DNA of 29,989 nucleotides from an uncultured Planctomycetia bacterium (lineage in GTDB: Bacteria; 4484-113; JAGGVC01), in assembly GCA_964602075.1 (NCBI GenBank), contig CAZRQJ010000007.1, forward strand, positions 400 through 30,388. Reading direction: 5' to 3'. A program made the translations under genes and the position numbers. The number at the start of each line of letters is the position of its first letter. Within the stretch, counting starts at the first letter, position 1. Below are positions 16,814 through 25,506 of the stretch, in pieces. The notes under the pieces are model-generated. The model saw nothing but the letters and a program-made list of their open reading frames with translations, had not been told where the DNA came from and searched no databases.

Positions 16814-18817
16814 TTAAGCCCTAACAACACCTTTCAGCACGGTTAGTTCGGGATTGTCGGGATGCTCGACATAATAGACATCTTCGTCCTGCTCGCGTCC
16901 TTTAACCTTAACTGTGGCAAGAAACTTGCATGCGAGATCGTTCCTGATAATCTCGTAAACTTCCTCGCTCACGATAATCGCTTGTTTGAATTCCTTCGTC
17001 AGCGCTTCAAGGCGGGAAGCCAAATTTACCGCATCGCCGATAATGCTGTAATCCGTGCGGCGCAGACTGCCGATGTTTCCCATAATGACGTGCCCGAAGT
17101 GAATGCCGATGCCGATTTCAAACTCCGGTACGTTGAGTCTGCGCATTTCGGGATGAACTTTCTCATGCAGATTTTTAATCATGTCAAGTGCGCACTTCAC
17201 GGAGTCGAGCGCGGGATTATCCGAGGGCACCGGCGCGCCGAAAACAGCCATGATTCCGTCGCCCATAAATTTATCAACGTAGCCGCGATGTTCGTCTATG
17301 ACGCCGCTTAATATTTCAAAATACTCGTTCAAGAATCCGAGGACATCTTGAGGCAGCAATTTTTCGCTGATAGTTGAAAAACTGCGAATATCGCTGAATA
17401 GGACCGCGACGCACCTGTCTTCACCGCCTAGCGATGCGAGCTTGGGATTATCGATAATCTCATTAACCACTGCCTCGCTGACATACCTGCCAAACGTCTT
17501 CCGTATGCGAGCTTTCTCCCGCTCTTCAGTCATTACTTTATAACCGAGCGTCGCGCCATAACACATCGCGAAACTGAAAATCGTGTAAGTGAAGTTGATA
17601 AGCAATCTCCACACGACAAACGATGCAAATCCAAGTGCTACCAAAGCGACAAGAACCGCTGCGCCAAGAACAGGACTCCACCATCTGCTGGGCAGATAAT
17701 AACCGAGTTGCCCTGCAAGTATTGAAACGAATAAGAGGATTGCGATTGTCACCCAAGCAGGGACGAGTCTAATATGCAAACCGGTAAGAAACGTTTGAAA
17801 TGCGCTCGCATTCGTTTCGACACCGAACATCTTGTCGTTGAACGGCGTTGAAAAATAATCATTGTCCGCTTCAGACATAGACCCAATAAATACGTAAGTC
17901 CCAGCCAAATCTCTAATCATTTCGCTTGTAGCGGCTTCTGTATTCAACTCGAATTTCCTTGCCGTCTCACCTTCTTCCCATTCGTCTGAAAATTGGATCG
18001 TTGTGGCGTCTTCGGTCAGCGGATTAATGCCTGCAAGAAGTTCGGGAAACAACTGAATGTACTGCAAGGTTTTAATATGTTTTCTGTTTCCGTTGAGATA
18101 ATTGACATACATTAGGCCGTTTTTATCTATTCCGTGCTCTGAAGGAATCAACTCCCTTCCTTCTTCGGCAAGTGCAAGCTTATACATCTCCATCGCCTGC
18201 GAGTAGTACACTTCGTCGAAATACTCAACGATTGCACGCTCTCTGTCGCGATAGGAGGCTTTGCCTTTGTCTCCAAGTGTTGTAACTGTGTTTGCAAGTC
18301 CGAGAAGCGGTTCCGCCTCCATAAGCGTAGCGTTCGGTCCGAGGAAAGTGACTTGTGAGAAATCTCCTCCGCTGGTTTGAGGCAGCGCAGCCGCTAGAAT
18401 CACTACCATTCCTTTAGATTTAGCGTATCTAATTGAGTCTCGCAACGCTTCATCGTCTTCTATGCCGTACATACTTTTCATATCGAAAAGCAGGTCGAAA
18501 CAGACAGCTTTGACCCCATTGTCTGCCAACCGCCTTATCAATATACCTTGCAGCTCACGGGGGAACGGATAGGAAACGCCTGCGTTTTGAAATTCGGAAA
18601 TCGAATTGTCGTCGATGCCGATGATGCGAATCAACGGATGCGGTTCAAGTTCGCCGCGCGCGGAAAACCGCAGTTTGATAAACGGGATTTCGAGAGTTTC
18701 GTTATAAGCAAACAAGCCGGCTATGCCAACCGACACGCATAATCCGACTAGTGACAGCCCAACTACGATCAAGCGCTGTTTGCTAAATAATCTCCGAATT
18801 GCCTTTATGTTAAACAT
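16814..18817 (-). CDS. CHASE2-domain membrane adenylate cyclase (class III)
   Basis: N-terminal TM, CHASE2 (IIGIDD.S, PFPR, FDLLF, TPF, GVE.NA), three TM segments, cyclase motifs LFSDIRSFST, VDKFMGDG, GNIGS..RTDYSIIGDAVNLASRLE. Confidence 0.95.
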   Translation of the reverse strand: MFNIKAIRRLFSKQRLIVVGLSLVGLCVSVGIAGLFAYNETLEIPFIKLRFSARGELEPHPLIRIIGIDDNSISEFQNAGVSYPFPRELQGILIRRLADNGVKAVCFDLLFDMKSMYGIEDDEALRDSIRYAKSKGMVVILAAALPQTSGGDFSQVTFLGPNATLMEAEPLLGLANTVTTLGDKGKASYRDRERAIVEYFDEVYYSQAMEMYKLALAEEGRELIPSEHGIDKNGLMYVNYLNGNRKHIKTLQYIQLFPELLAGINPLTEDATTIQFSDEWEEGETARKFELNTEAATSEMIRDLAGTYVFIGSMSEADNDYFSTPFNDKMFGVETNASAFQTFLTGLHIRLVPAWVTIAILLFVSILAGQLGYYLPSRWWSPVLGAAVLVALVALGFASFVVWRLLINFTYTIFSFAMCYGATLGYKVMTEEREKARIRKTFGRYVSEAVVNEIIDNPKLASLGGEDRCVAVLFSDIRSFSTISEKLLPQDVLGFLNEYFEILSGVIDEHRGYVDKFMGDGIMAVFGAPVPSDNPALDSVKCALDMIKNLHEKVHPEMRRLNVPEFEIGIGIHFGHVIMGNIGSLRRTDYSIIGDAVNLASRLEALTKEFKQAIIVSEEVYEIIRNDLACKFLATVKVKGREQDEDVYYVEHPDNPELTVLKGVVRA

Positions 18818-18829
18818 ATAGAAGCATGG

Positions 18830-20737
18830 TTATTCGGCGACTTCAATGATTGCGTCCTCGCGCATTACGGATACCTCGGTTGCGCCAGGTCCGAAGAACA
18901 CAGCTTCCATAATGTTCAATGGCGACATCGTTCCCGCTTGCCCGCGCACTCTGAAATCAAGCTGACATAACACGCCTGCGCCTTGAATGAAACCTGTATC
19001 GCGATTGACGCGTCCGCTTACCGCAATCTCGCCGGGAGTAGTATCGCCGAAGAACAACACAGAGTTCTGCCAAAATGCGCCGGTCCTTCCAGCGTCGAAT
19101 TCCAGAATTGTCGGATCGAAACGCAGACGGATGGTTACATCCTGAATCATAGCTTGTGTGTCGAGCCATAGATCGACGCGCAGAATGTCATCAGAGCGCA
19201 CCACAGCAGCGTTTGGTGCGACTCGGAGAAGTGCGGTTCCACCGTCGGACAAGCGCACATCGAAGTTGTGACGTGAACTTGCAAGGAGTTGAGTCAAAGA
19301 CTGCGAGGGGATTTTGTCACCACCAAGGTCAACCATAGAACTAGTTAACTCACCTGTGACGTACCAAGTGAAATTGACTTGGTTCGTTGTGTCGAAAAGC
19401 GGCGCAAATCCGCCCTGACCGGGGTCGAGCAGCGCTTCGATTGATATGACTGCTGAATCTCCGCCGAACGGAAAAGTGTATTGAATGCCGCCCGATTCAA
19501 TCCACACTCTATAGTTGGCTACAAGCGGGTTGTTAATCGGTTCAAATCTAAACTCGATAACCTGATCTGCTGGCCAGCCAAACACCTGACCGTCGAGCGG
19601 AGCGATTGCATTGATGAATCCCTGTCCTGTGTTATCTAAGTATGGATCAAGACCGAGCGTGATTTCCAGCACGTCCGACATTCCGTCTCCGTCGCTATCG
19701 AGTTGTCCGCGTCTAATTCCCAAGCTCGGATCGTCTTCAGGAAGCAACGCGGCAAAATTGTCAATCGTCTCTTGCGGATTAGGATCTTTACGCTCCATCG
19801 TGCTTTCTATCTCGTCCAACATATCGGTTATGTGTCTTATGATGCCTTTGACTTCGTTAAGGCTGAACGGCACGTCCGATACAGGCGGAGTCGAACCGTC
19901 GGTTGGTTCCATCTTGGAAAGAATCGGCGCAGACAACTGCTCAAGCGCGTCGCGCCATCCCGGAACTTCACGATAAATTAGCAAGATGCCCACTTCATTG
20001 AAAGCTGCACTGTAATCCAGAAATTCACGGTACGCCAAAGAGACATCGCTTTCAAGTCGCAACAGCTCGATAAGCCACGCTTCGAGAGCCATATTCGCTT
20101 CTGCGACGCTTTCGCCCGTTTCGATCCGAAACCCGTTTTCAACTTCGTCAAGGGTCAAGTCGGTAGGTGTCGGTTCGCTCGGAGTCCCGCCGGGTTCGAC
20201 TTTAGATTCGTAACCTTCTGGCACGACAACCGTTACCCCGCCAGCTGTAAGCTCCACGTCGTTATCAAACGACACGAGAAGCAGACTTCCGTCGAACTGA
20301 ATGAATTGCGCCCAAATCGTTCCTCGCACGACTGCGAGTGCGCCCGGCGATTCGACTTCAAACGACGAACCTGGACTCAACGCTTGCTGCAGGTTGAATA
20401 GAAAATCGCCGGTTATGGCTTTAACCTTTCCACCGCTTTCCGCAAGCGCTTTAAGGTCGAGAAGTGAATTTTCTTTAATAAGAACTAACGCGTCGCCGGG
20501 AAACAGAAGTTGAACCTTGCCGCCTTTTAATGTGCGAATCAGGTCTCCTGATCTAAGCTTCAAATCCGGCTTACTCGCTTGCCAATCTTTTTCGCCCTTA
20601 ACCTTAACCTCGACTTTGCCGGCTTGTCGCACGACGGTCACAGATAAGTCCTGCGCCCAAATCGAACTCGACATCAGCGCGAACACCGTAATAAAAATCG
20701 AAGCAACTATAAGACAACGAGTTAATACTCTACTCAT
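18830..20737 (-). CDS. Exported FecR-domain protein with DxDxDG Ca-binding motif, Ig/Fn3-like segment and C-terminal cohesin-like domain
   Basis: Signal peptide (WAQ); FecR-like GKVEV..W..L.SGD.IRT..GG.V, FEVESP.A.A.VRGT; DSDGDGMSDVLE..LG.DP; cohesin-like LRVDLWL..I.DV.I.L.FDP.ILEF..GVLC.LDFRV. ATG 20737 with a GGGGTG RBS. Confidence 0.8.
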   Translation of the reverse strand: MSRVLTRCLIVASIFITVFALMSSSIWAQDLSVTVVRQAGKVEVKVKGEKDWQASKPDLKLRSGDLIRTLKGGKVQLLFPGDALVLIKENSLLDLKALAESGGKVKAITGDFLFNLQQALSPGSSFEVESPGALAVVRGTIWAQFIQFDGSLLLVSFDNDVELTAGGVTVVVPEGYESKVEPGGTPSEPTPTDLTLDEVENGFRIETGESVAEANMALEAWLIELLRLESDVSLAYREFLDYSAAFNEVGILLIYREVPGWRDALEQLSAPILSKMEPTDGSTPPVSDVPFSLNEVKGIIRHITDMLDEIESTMERKDPNPQETIDNFAALLPEDDPSLGIRRGQLDSDGDGMSDVLEITLGLDPYLDNTGQGFINAIAPLDGQVFGWPADQVIEFRFEPINNPLVANYRVWIESGGIQYTFPFGGDSAVISIEALLDPGQGGFAPLFDTTNQVNFTWYVTGELTSSMVDLGGDKIPSQSLTQLLASSRHNFDVRLSDGGTALLRVAPNAAVVRSDDILRVDLWLDTQAMIQDVTIRLRFDPTILEFDAGRTGAFWQNSVLFFGDTTPGEIAVSGRVNRDTGFIQGAGVLCQLDFRVRGQAGTMSPLNIMEAVFFGPGATEVSVMREDAIIEVAE

Positions 20738-20747
20738 TTCTTCACCC

Positions 20748-22565
20748 CTAGAAGTTAAACGCAAGCCTTACGTATGTCAACCAGTCGGTAACATCGGCTT
20801 GGTTATCGTAGTTCCTATCCAAAACGTCCGAACCAATAGAAAATCGCATGTTCGGATTCGCATACCAAGTCAGCTCGCACGAAAATCTGCTTCCGCTATA
20901 AATATTCGTCGATTGCGGATCGTGTTGTGACAATTGGTTTAGTCCGCCTGTGGCACGCAGTCTGAAGTTTTTCCAGTATTTGTTGTAGCTTGCAAGAAAT
21001 TCGCCAATCGTGTAATCGCGTGTGCCGTTGTTGTCAAAAGTCTGTTCGGTAAAGCTGTATTCCGCACCAACACTGCTCGCTCCGGGAAACGAATAAGTCA
21101 TACCGGTTCTAATCACGCTTCTGTCGAAACTCATTACATCGCTTCCATAGTTGTACTGGTCATACTTGCCTTCGGCAAACAAACTTAAGCGGTTAGATGC
21201 GTGATAGTCCGAATAGAGCGATATCGCTCCGTGCTTTAAGTCGAACGGGCTCGTTATAACATAGCTCTTGTCGCGATAGAAGCCCCGAATATTTACATTC
21301 AAATCCTCACGCGGAGCCGTATAGATGCGAGCTTCGAAAGAATTTTCGTCGTAATCGTTTGCGCCTGTTTCAACCTGCCCTTGCGGTACTATCTCATTTC
21401 TGTCGTTTGTCAAAGTTGAAAATCTCAAATCAAACCTCAACCTATCGGAGTGGTCGTATCGTGCCCCTAAACGTAAAGCGTTTTCTGTATAAGAAAATAC
21501 TTGACTGTCAGGGAAGTCTTTATCGGTCGCAAGATAATCTGCGTTTAACACAACACCGTTTGGAAATGCAGTCTCCCAGCCCAAACGGTATCGAAATGTC
21601 TCCTGCGACAGCACACCGCCGACTCCGAAATTGTATTCGTAATAGTCGAACTCACCTTCCGCACTATGCCGATCGTTTAATTCATGGTGTACAAGTCCGA
21701 ATATATTGTTGTAGGTGAAGCTCGATGCCGCAGCGTTAGTGTATGATCTGTCTTCGTGAGAAGCGTCAACTCTGAAATAACTGCCCCGTTTGCCGTAATC
21801 TTTGGAAAAGTCAAAATCGACGCGCCATTCTTCTCTTGTGTTTCGCGTATTGTCGAGTCCGTCAACGTCTTTGTAATACTCTTTCAATTGGATATAGCCG
21901 CGATCGAAATCGAAGCGCTGACGGGCTGAAGTAGTCTGTGTACGAGTATTCGTGTTTCTGTGCTCGTTTGATGCGCGCTCGCCAACTTCAAGAAGAAGTC
22001 CGTCTGAACGTTCCCATACGAAGTTCAGTGAGTAATCGCCTAAATTCTGTCCCGTACCGTAGGCTTCTCCATATGCCGCCATAATCTCGCCGTTGAAACC
22101 GAACTTCCAGTATGGAGACTCCGCGGTCACATCTATTCCTTCGATTCGTCTCAACAGATCGACTGCATCGCGGTTGTATCCGTCATACAAAACGCTTAAT
22201 CTGTTGACAAGTGCATTGACCTCGTCAATGCGCTGTTGCTGCTCTGCAGTATATTCGTTGTACTTCTCGTTCCAAGCGTATAGATCGCGATCAATAGAGT
22301 CGAGATACGTTTTGACGCGCTCAAGCGTAGCAACGAAACCTTTAACAACGGCAATTTCGGATGCATACGCGTCAGCTGATGTGTCCGCTTTAGCGACAAG
22401 CTCCAGCTTAGCCATTGCACCGCGTGCATCGGAAAATTTAGACACAGTTTCCGCAGTCAAATCGTTAAGGCTGTCTATGTACGGAGACCAGTCGTCAATA
22501 ACCTGTGCGGTCAACGGAAGAACCGAAAAAAACATAACTAAAAATGAAAGCAATATTGCGCGCAC
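20748..22565 (-). CDS. Outer-membrane beta-barrel protein with N-terminal coiled-coil region
   Basis: Signal peptide, ~140 aa helical segment, many Y/F-rich amphipathic strands, and C-terminal YVRLAFNF (terminal Phe, BAM-type signal). GGAGAGG RBS. Confidence 0.8.
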   Translation of the reverse strand: MRAILLSFLVMFFSVLPLTAQVIDDWSPYIDSLNDLTAETVSKFSDARGAMAKLELVAKADTSADAYASEIAVVKGFVATLERVKTYLDSIDRDLYAWNEKYNEYTAEQQQRIDEVNALVNRLSVLYDGYNRDAVDLLRRIEGIDVTAESPYWKFGFNGEIMAAYGEAYGTGQNLGDYSLNFVWERSDGLLLEVGERASNEHRNTNTRTQTTSARQRFDFDRGYIQLKEYYKDVDGLDNTRNTREEWRVDFDFSKDYGKRGSYFRVDASHEDRSYTNAAASSFTYNNIFGLVHHELNDRHSAEGEFDYYEYNFGVGGVLSQETFRYRLGWETAFPNGVVLNADYLATDKDFPDSQVFSYTENALRLGARYDHSDRLRFDLRFSTLTNDRNEIVPQGQVETGANDYDENSFEARIYTAPREDLNVNIRGFYRDKSYVITSPFDLKHGAISLYSDYHASNRLSLFAEGKYDQYNYGSDVMSFDRSVIRTGMTYSFPGASSVGAEYSFTEQTFDNNGTRDYTIGEFLASYNKYWKNFRLRATGGLNQLSQHDPQSTNIYSGSRFSCELTWYANPNMRFSIGSDVLDRNYDNQADVTDWLTYVRLAFNF

Positions 22566-22864
22566 TGTCCACCTCTCCAGAAACGCCGAAGGGCGTGCTC
22601 ACCGTTTGTAAACACATGAGTATTATACATTGATTTTTGTCAAGCTGGATACCACTGACTTATTAGTAGATAATGTTGCTTATATTGTTTTCGGGACATA
22701 AACTTACCTTTGAATAGTCGTATAACTACATTGAGAGGATTCTTGGATCATATAATCTATGCATGTTCTCCGATTTTATCCGATTTTTTTTACTTTACGA
22801 TTGGTGGTTATCATGTCAAACGATTCTGCTTATCGTAGTTTTCGATGATTAACAAAGCCAATAG

Positions 22865-23041
22865 AGATGCGTTTTCAAGAATATCGATCCCGCATTCCTT
22901 CATGCTAAAAAAAACCTCGCGCTGACACTCGATGATATGAGACGGAAAGATGAGGCGGTTTACTATTGGAAGCGTGCGCTTGAACTTGAAACAGAACAAG
23001 ACTGGATTGAACGCATTAAGCGCAGACTTGGAATAATCTAA
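22865..23041 (+). pseudogene. TPR-repeat gene remnant (no usable start)
   Basis: After TAG 22862-22864 the frame reads ...NIDPAFLHAKKNLALTLDDMRRKDEAVYYWKRALELETEQDWIERIKRRLGII*, a TPR repeat plus capping helix. It is missed by the ORF track. Confidence 0.6.
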
Positions 23042-23131
23042 CCGGCATATTGAGCCAGCAAATTGAGTTGAGTATGTGATTTAGTAATCGCTTGATAACG
23101 GATAAGCTCATTTTTGATTTATCGCGTATTT

Positions 23132-23160
23132 TTTACTTCAAATAAAGATACAGGTATAAT
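23132..23160 (+). promoter_or_regulatory. Putative sigma70 promoter for wecA-wecB
   Basis: TTTACT (23132-23137), 17 nt spacer, TATAAT (23155-23160); ATG only 15 nt further, with no SD. Confidence 0.55.
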
Positions 23161-23175
23161 TGGTTCTTCATATTT

Positions 23176-24171
23176 ATGAACGGAAGTTACTTACTTGTTA
23201 TTGTTGGTGTTATATCTGCGCTTGCGTCGTTTTATATGACTCCCGCGTTGATTAAGCTCGCGAACCGTTATAAATTTTACGATAAACCTTGCGATCGGAA
23301 AGTTCATACGCGCGACATCAGCAGACTTGGCGGAGTCGCCATCTTCAGCGGTTTTGCCGTTGGCTATGCTGTGTTCACTTGGTTGATGCTGACGGGACAC
23401 ATAGAATATTCGTACCAACCGGTTACGATGTTCGCGTTTTTTCTGGGTGCGTTTCTTTACTTCTTACTCGGTCTCCTCGACGACTTCTTCACCTTGTCGG
23501 CGAAGTTCAAGTTTGTTGTGATGGTTTGCATAGCAATCCTAGTGATTATGATGGGGGTTCGCGTTGGGAGTCTTTTCGGTTATCTGATGCTTCCTCTTTG
23601 GGTGGCAGTCGGACTAACCGTGTTTTGGATAGTCGGCATTGTCAATACGATCAACTTTGTTGACGGACTTGACGGATTGGCGTCCGGCGTAGGGCTTCTT
23701 GGCTCAATCGCATTTTTGATAATAGCAGTCGCGCGCGGCGAGTGGTTTTCTGCCTTTCTTTTGGTCTGTGTTATCGGTTCATTAACCGGCTTTCTTCCGT
23801 TCAATTTCTTTCCCGCCCGTATTTTTCTAGGCGATTCGGGCGCACTATTGATTGGCTATTTTTTAGCTGTTATAAGCGTCATCGGTTTATACAAACAAAT
23901 AACAATCTTTACGTTGGCGGTTCCGCTGATGGTGTTAGCGCTGCCTGTTGCAGATACAACTTTCGCAATCATCAGACGCTTGATTAGGCGCGTACCGATC
24001 ACGCGTCCAGACCGCAGACACATACACCACAGACTGTTAGCGTTGTTTGGGAGGAATACGGACGACAATTGTGGAGGTATGGAAGGACCCGCTCATAGAA
24101 GCGCTGTGATTGCCTGCTATGTGATCGCCGTAGTTTTCGCATCTATCGCCGTCTATATCGGAGTACAATAA
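23176..24171 (+). CDS. wecA: MraY-family undecaprenyl-phosphate GlcNAc-1-phosphate transferase (WecA/TagO)
   Basis: RKVH...SRLGG, GLLDD, NTINFVDGLDGLA, FNFFPARIFLGDSG, DRRHIHHRL; multiple TM segments. Confidence 0.92.
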   Translation: MNGSYLLVIVGVISALASFYMTPALIKLANRYKFYDKPCDRKVHTRDISRLGGVAIFSGFAVGYAVFTWLMLTGHIEYSYQPVTMFAFFLGAFLYFLLGLLDDFFTLSAKFKFVVMVCIAILVIMMGVRVGSLFGYLMLPLWVAVGLTVFWIVGIVNTINFVDGLDGLASGVGLLGSIAFLIIAVARGEWFSAFLLVCVIGSLTGFLPFNFFPARIFLGDSGALLIGYFLAVISVIGLYKQITIFTLAVPLMVLALPVADTTFAIIRRLIRRVPITRPDRRHIHHRLLALFGRNTDDNCGGMEGPAHRSAVIACYVIAVVFASIAVYIGVQ

Positions 24172-25358
24172 TGAAGCACGAATCGAAGCGCAAATTAAAA
24201 GCCGTAACCGTATTCGGTACTCGTCCCGAAGCGATAAAAATAGCGCCAGTGCTTAAAGAAGCGGAACGACTTGGTGATTTAATCGACATGCGATTGGCTG
24301 TAACTGCGCAGCATCGGGAGTTGCTCGATTCTGTGCTCAACATTTTCGATTTGACACCGGATTTAGATCTCGACATAATGAAACGGGGACAGTCGCTCGA
24401 ACACATTACGACTGCAACGCTTGAAGGACTAACGCGATATTTTGAGACTGTCTCGCCAGATGTCGTTTTAGTGCATGGCGATACAACGACAACATTCACG
24501 GCAGCACTTGCAGCATTTTATTTGCGCATACCTGTCGCGCATGTCGAAGCAGGATTGAGAACGGGCAACCGTTATGTTCCATATCCCGAAGAAATGAATC
24601 GCCGCTTAACGGACGAACTTGCGAACATTTTCCTCGCACCTACCCAACTTGCCAAGAGAAGATTGATAGAGCGCGAGATTTCGGCAGACGACGTGTTTGT
24701 AACCGGTAATACAGTCGTTGACGCTTTACTCGATATAGCCGCGCGTCAATATGATTTTGAAGAGCGAAGTATCAAACGCTTTCTTGCAGATGACGATAGA
24801 AGCGCTTTCCGGATATTGATCACGATGCACCGCCGTGAATCGTGGGGGGAGCCAATGCGAGCGATTTTTACGGCATTAGCGCAATATCTTGATGAAAATC
24901 CTGAACTAAAAATCATTTATCCCGTTCACCCAAATCCGATCGTCGTCAATGCAGCAAATGAGATACTCGGAAAGTGTCAAAATGTTACACTTATTGATTC
25001 GCTTAATTATATTAGTTTTGTTCACTTGATGAAGCGGTGCGATCTTATTGTTAGCGATTCGGGAGGGATACAAGAAGAAGCGCCGAGTTTCGGCAAGTAC
25101 ACGCTTGTCATGCGCGAAGCAACTGAACGCCCCGAAGTAGTTGACGCTGGATTTGCCGAGATAGGCTGTCAGAAACCGGATACGCTGATTCAAGCGATGA
25201 AGCGCTCTATACCGATGATTCAAAACGGCGAACTGCCTAATAAAGACAAGAAAAACCCTGTCGGTGACGGCAAAGCCGCTGAAAGAACGATCAGTTTTAT
25301 CCTGTATAAAATGGGATTTGTTGATTCACATTGCGTAGAGTTTTCTGAAAATGAGTGA
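24171..25358 (+). CDS. wecB: UDP-GlcNAc 2-epimerase (non-hydrolysing)
   Basis: VFGTRPEAIK, TAQHRE, VHGDTTT, HVEAGLRT, PEEMNR, TGNTVVDAL, HRRE, SDSGGIQEEAP, TERPE, GDGKAA. TAATG overlap with wecA. Confidence 0.96.
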   Translation: MKHESKRKLKAVTVFGTRPEAIKIAPVLKEAERLGDLIDMRLAVTAQHRELLDSVLNIFDLTPDLDLDIMKRGQSLEHITTATLEGLTRYFETVSPDVVLVHGDTTTTFTAALAAFYLRIPVAHVEAGLRTGNRYVPYPEEMNRRLTDELANIFLAPTQLAKRRLIEREISADDVFVTGNTVVDALLDIAARQYDFEERSIKRFLADDDRSAFRILITMHRRESWGEPMRAIFTALAQYLDENPELKIIYPVHPNPIVVNAANEILGKCQNVTLIDSLNYISFVHLMKRCDLIVSDSGGIQEEAPSFGKYTLVMREATERPEVVDAGFAEIGCQKPDTLIQAMKRSIPMIQNGELPNKDKKNPVGDGKAAERTISFILYKMGFVDSHCVEFSENE

Positions 25359-25506
25359 CTCACAATCCTCGTCTAAGTAAGTGTGCTAGTTCAACGGCTC
25401 AACTATCAACATCTACAATCTAACTCAATCTTGGTGCAAACGATATAGCATTTGGTAAACTAACGAGGTTTTCACGCGCTTCGTTCGCGTTAATCAAGGA
25501 GTTTTT

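Noticed and set aside
22622-22643. TTGACA...TATAAT on the minus strand upstream of the barrel operon as a canonical promoter
   Set aside because: The spacer is only 10 nt. The TATAAT may still serve as a -10, but the pair is not a valid sigma70 promoter.
22811-22999. 62-aa minus-strand ORF
   Set aside because: It is antisense to the TPR remnant, which has a much better motif match.
25359-25506. Purine/ZTP riboswitch upstream of purL
   Set aside because: No recognisable aptamer core; only a possible extended -10 (TGGTAAACT, 25453-25461).
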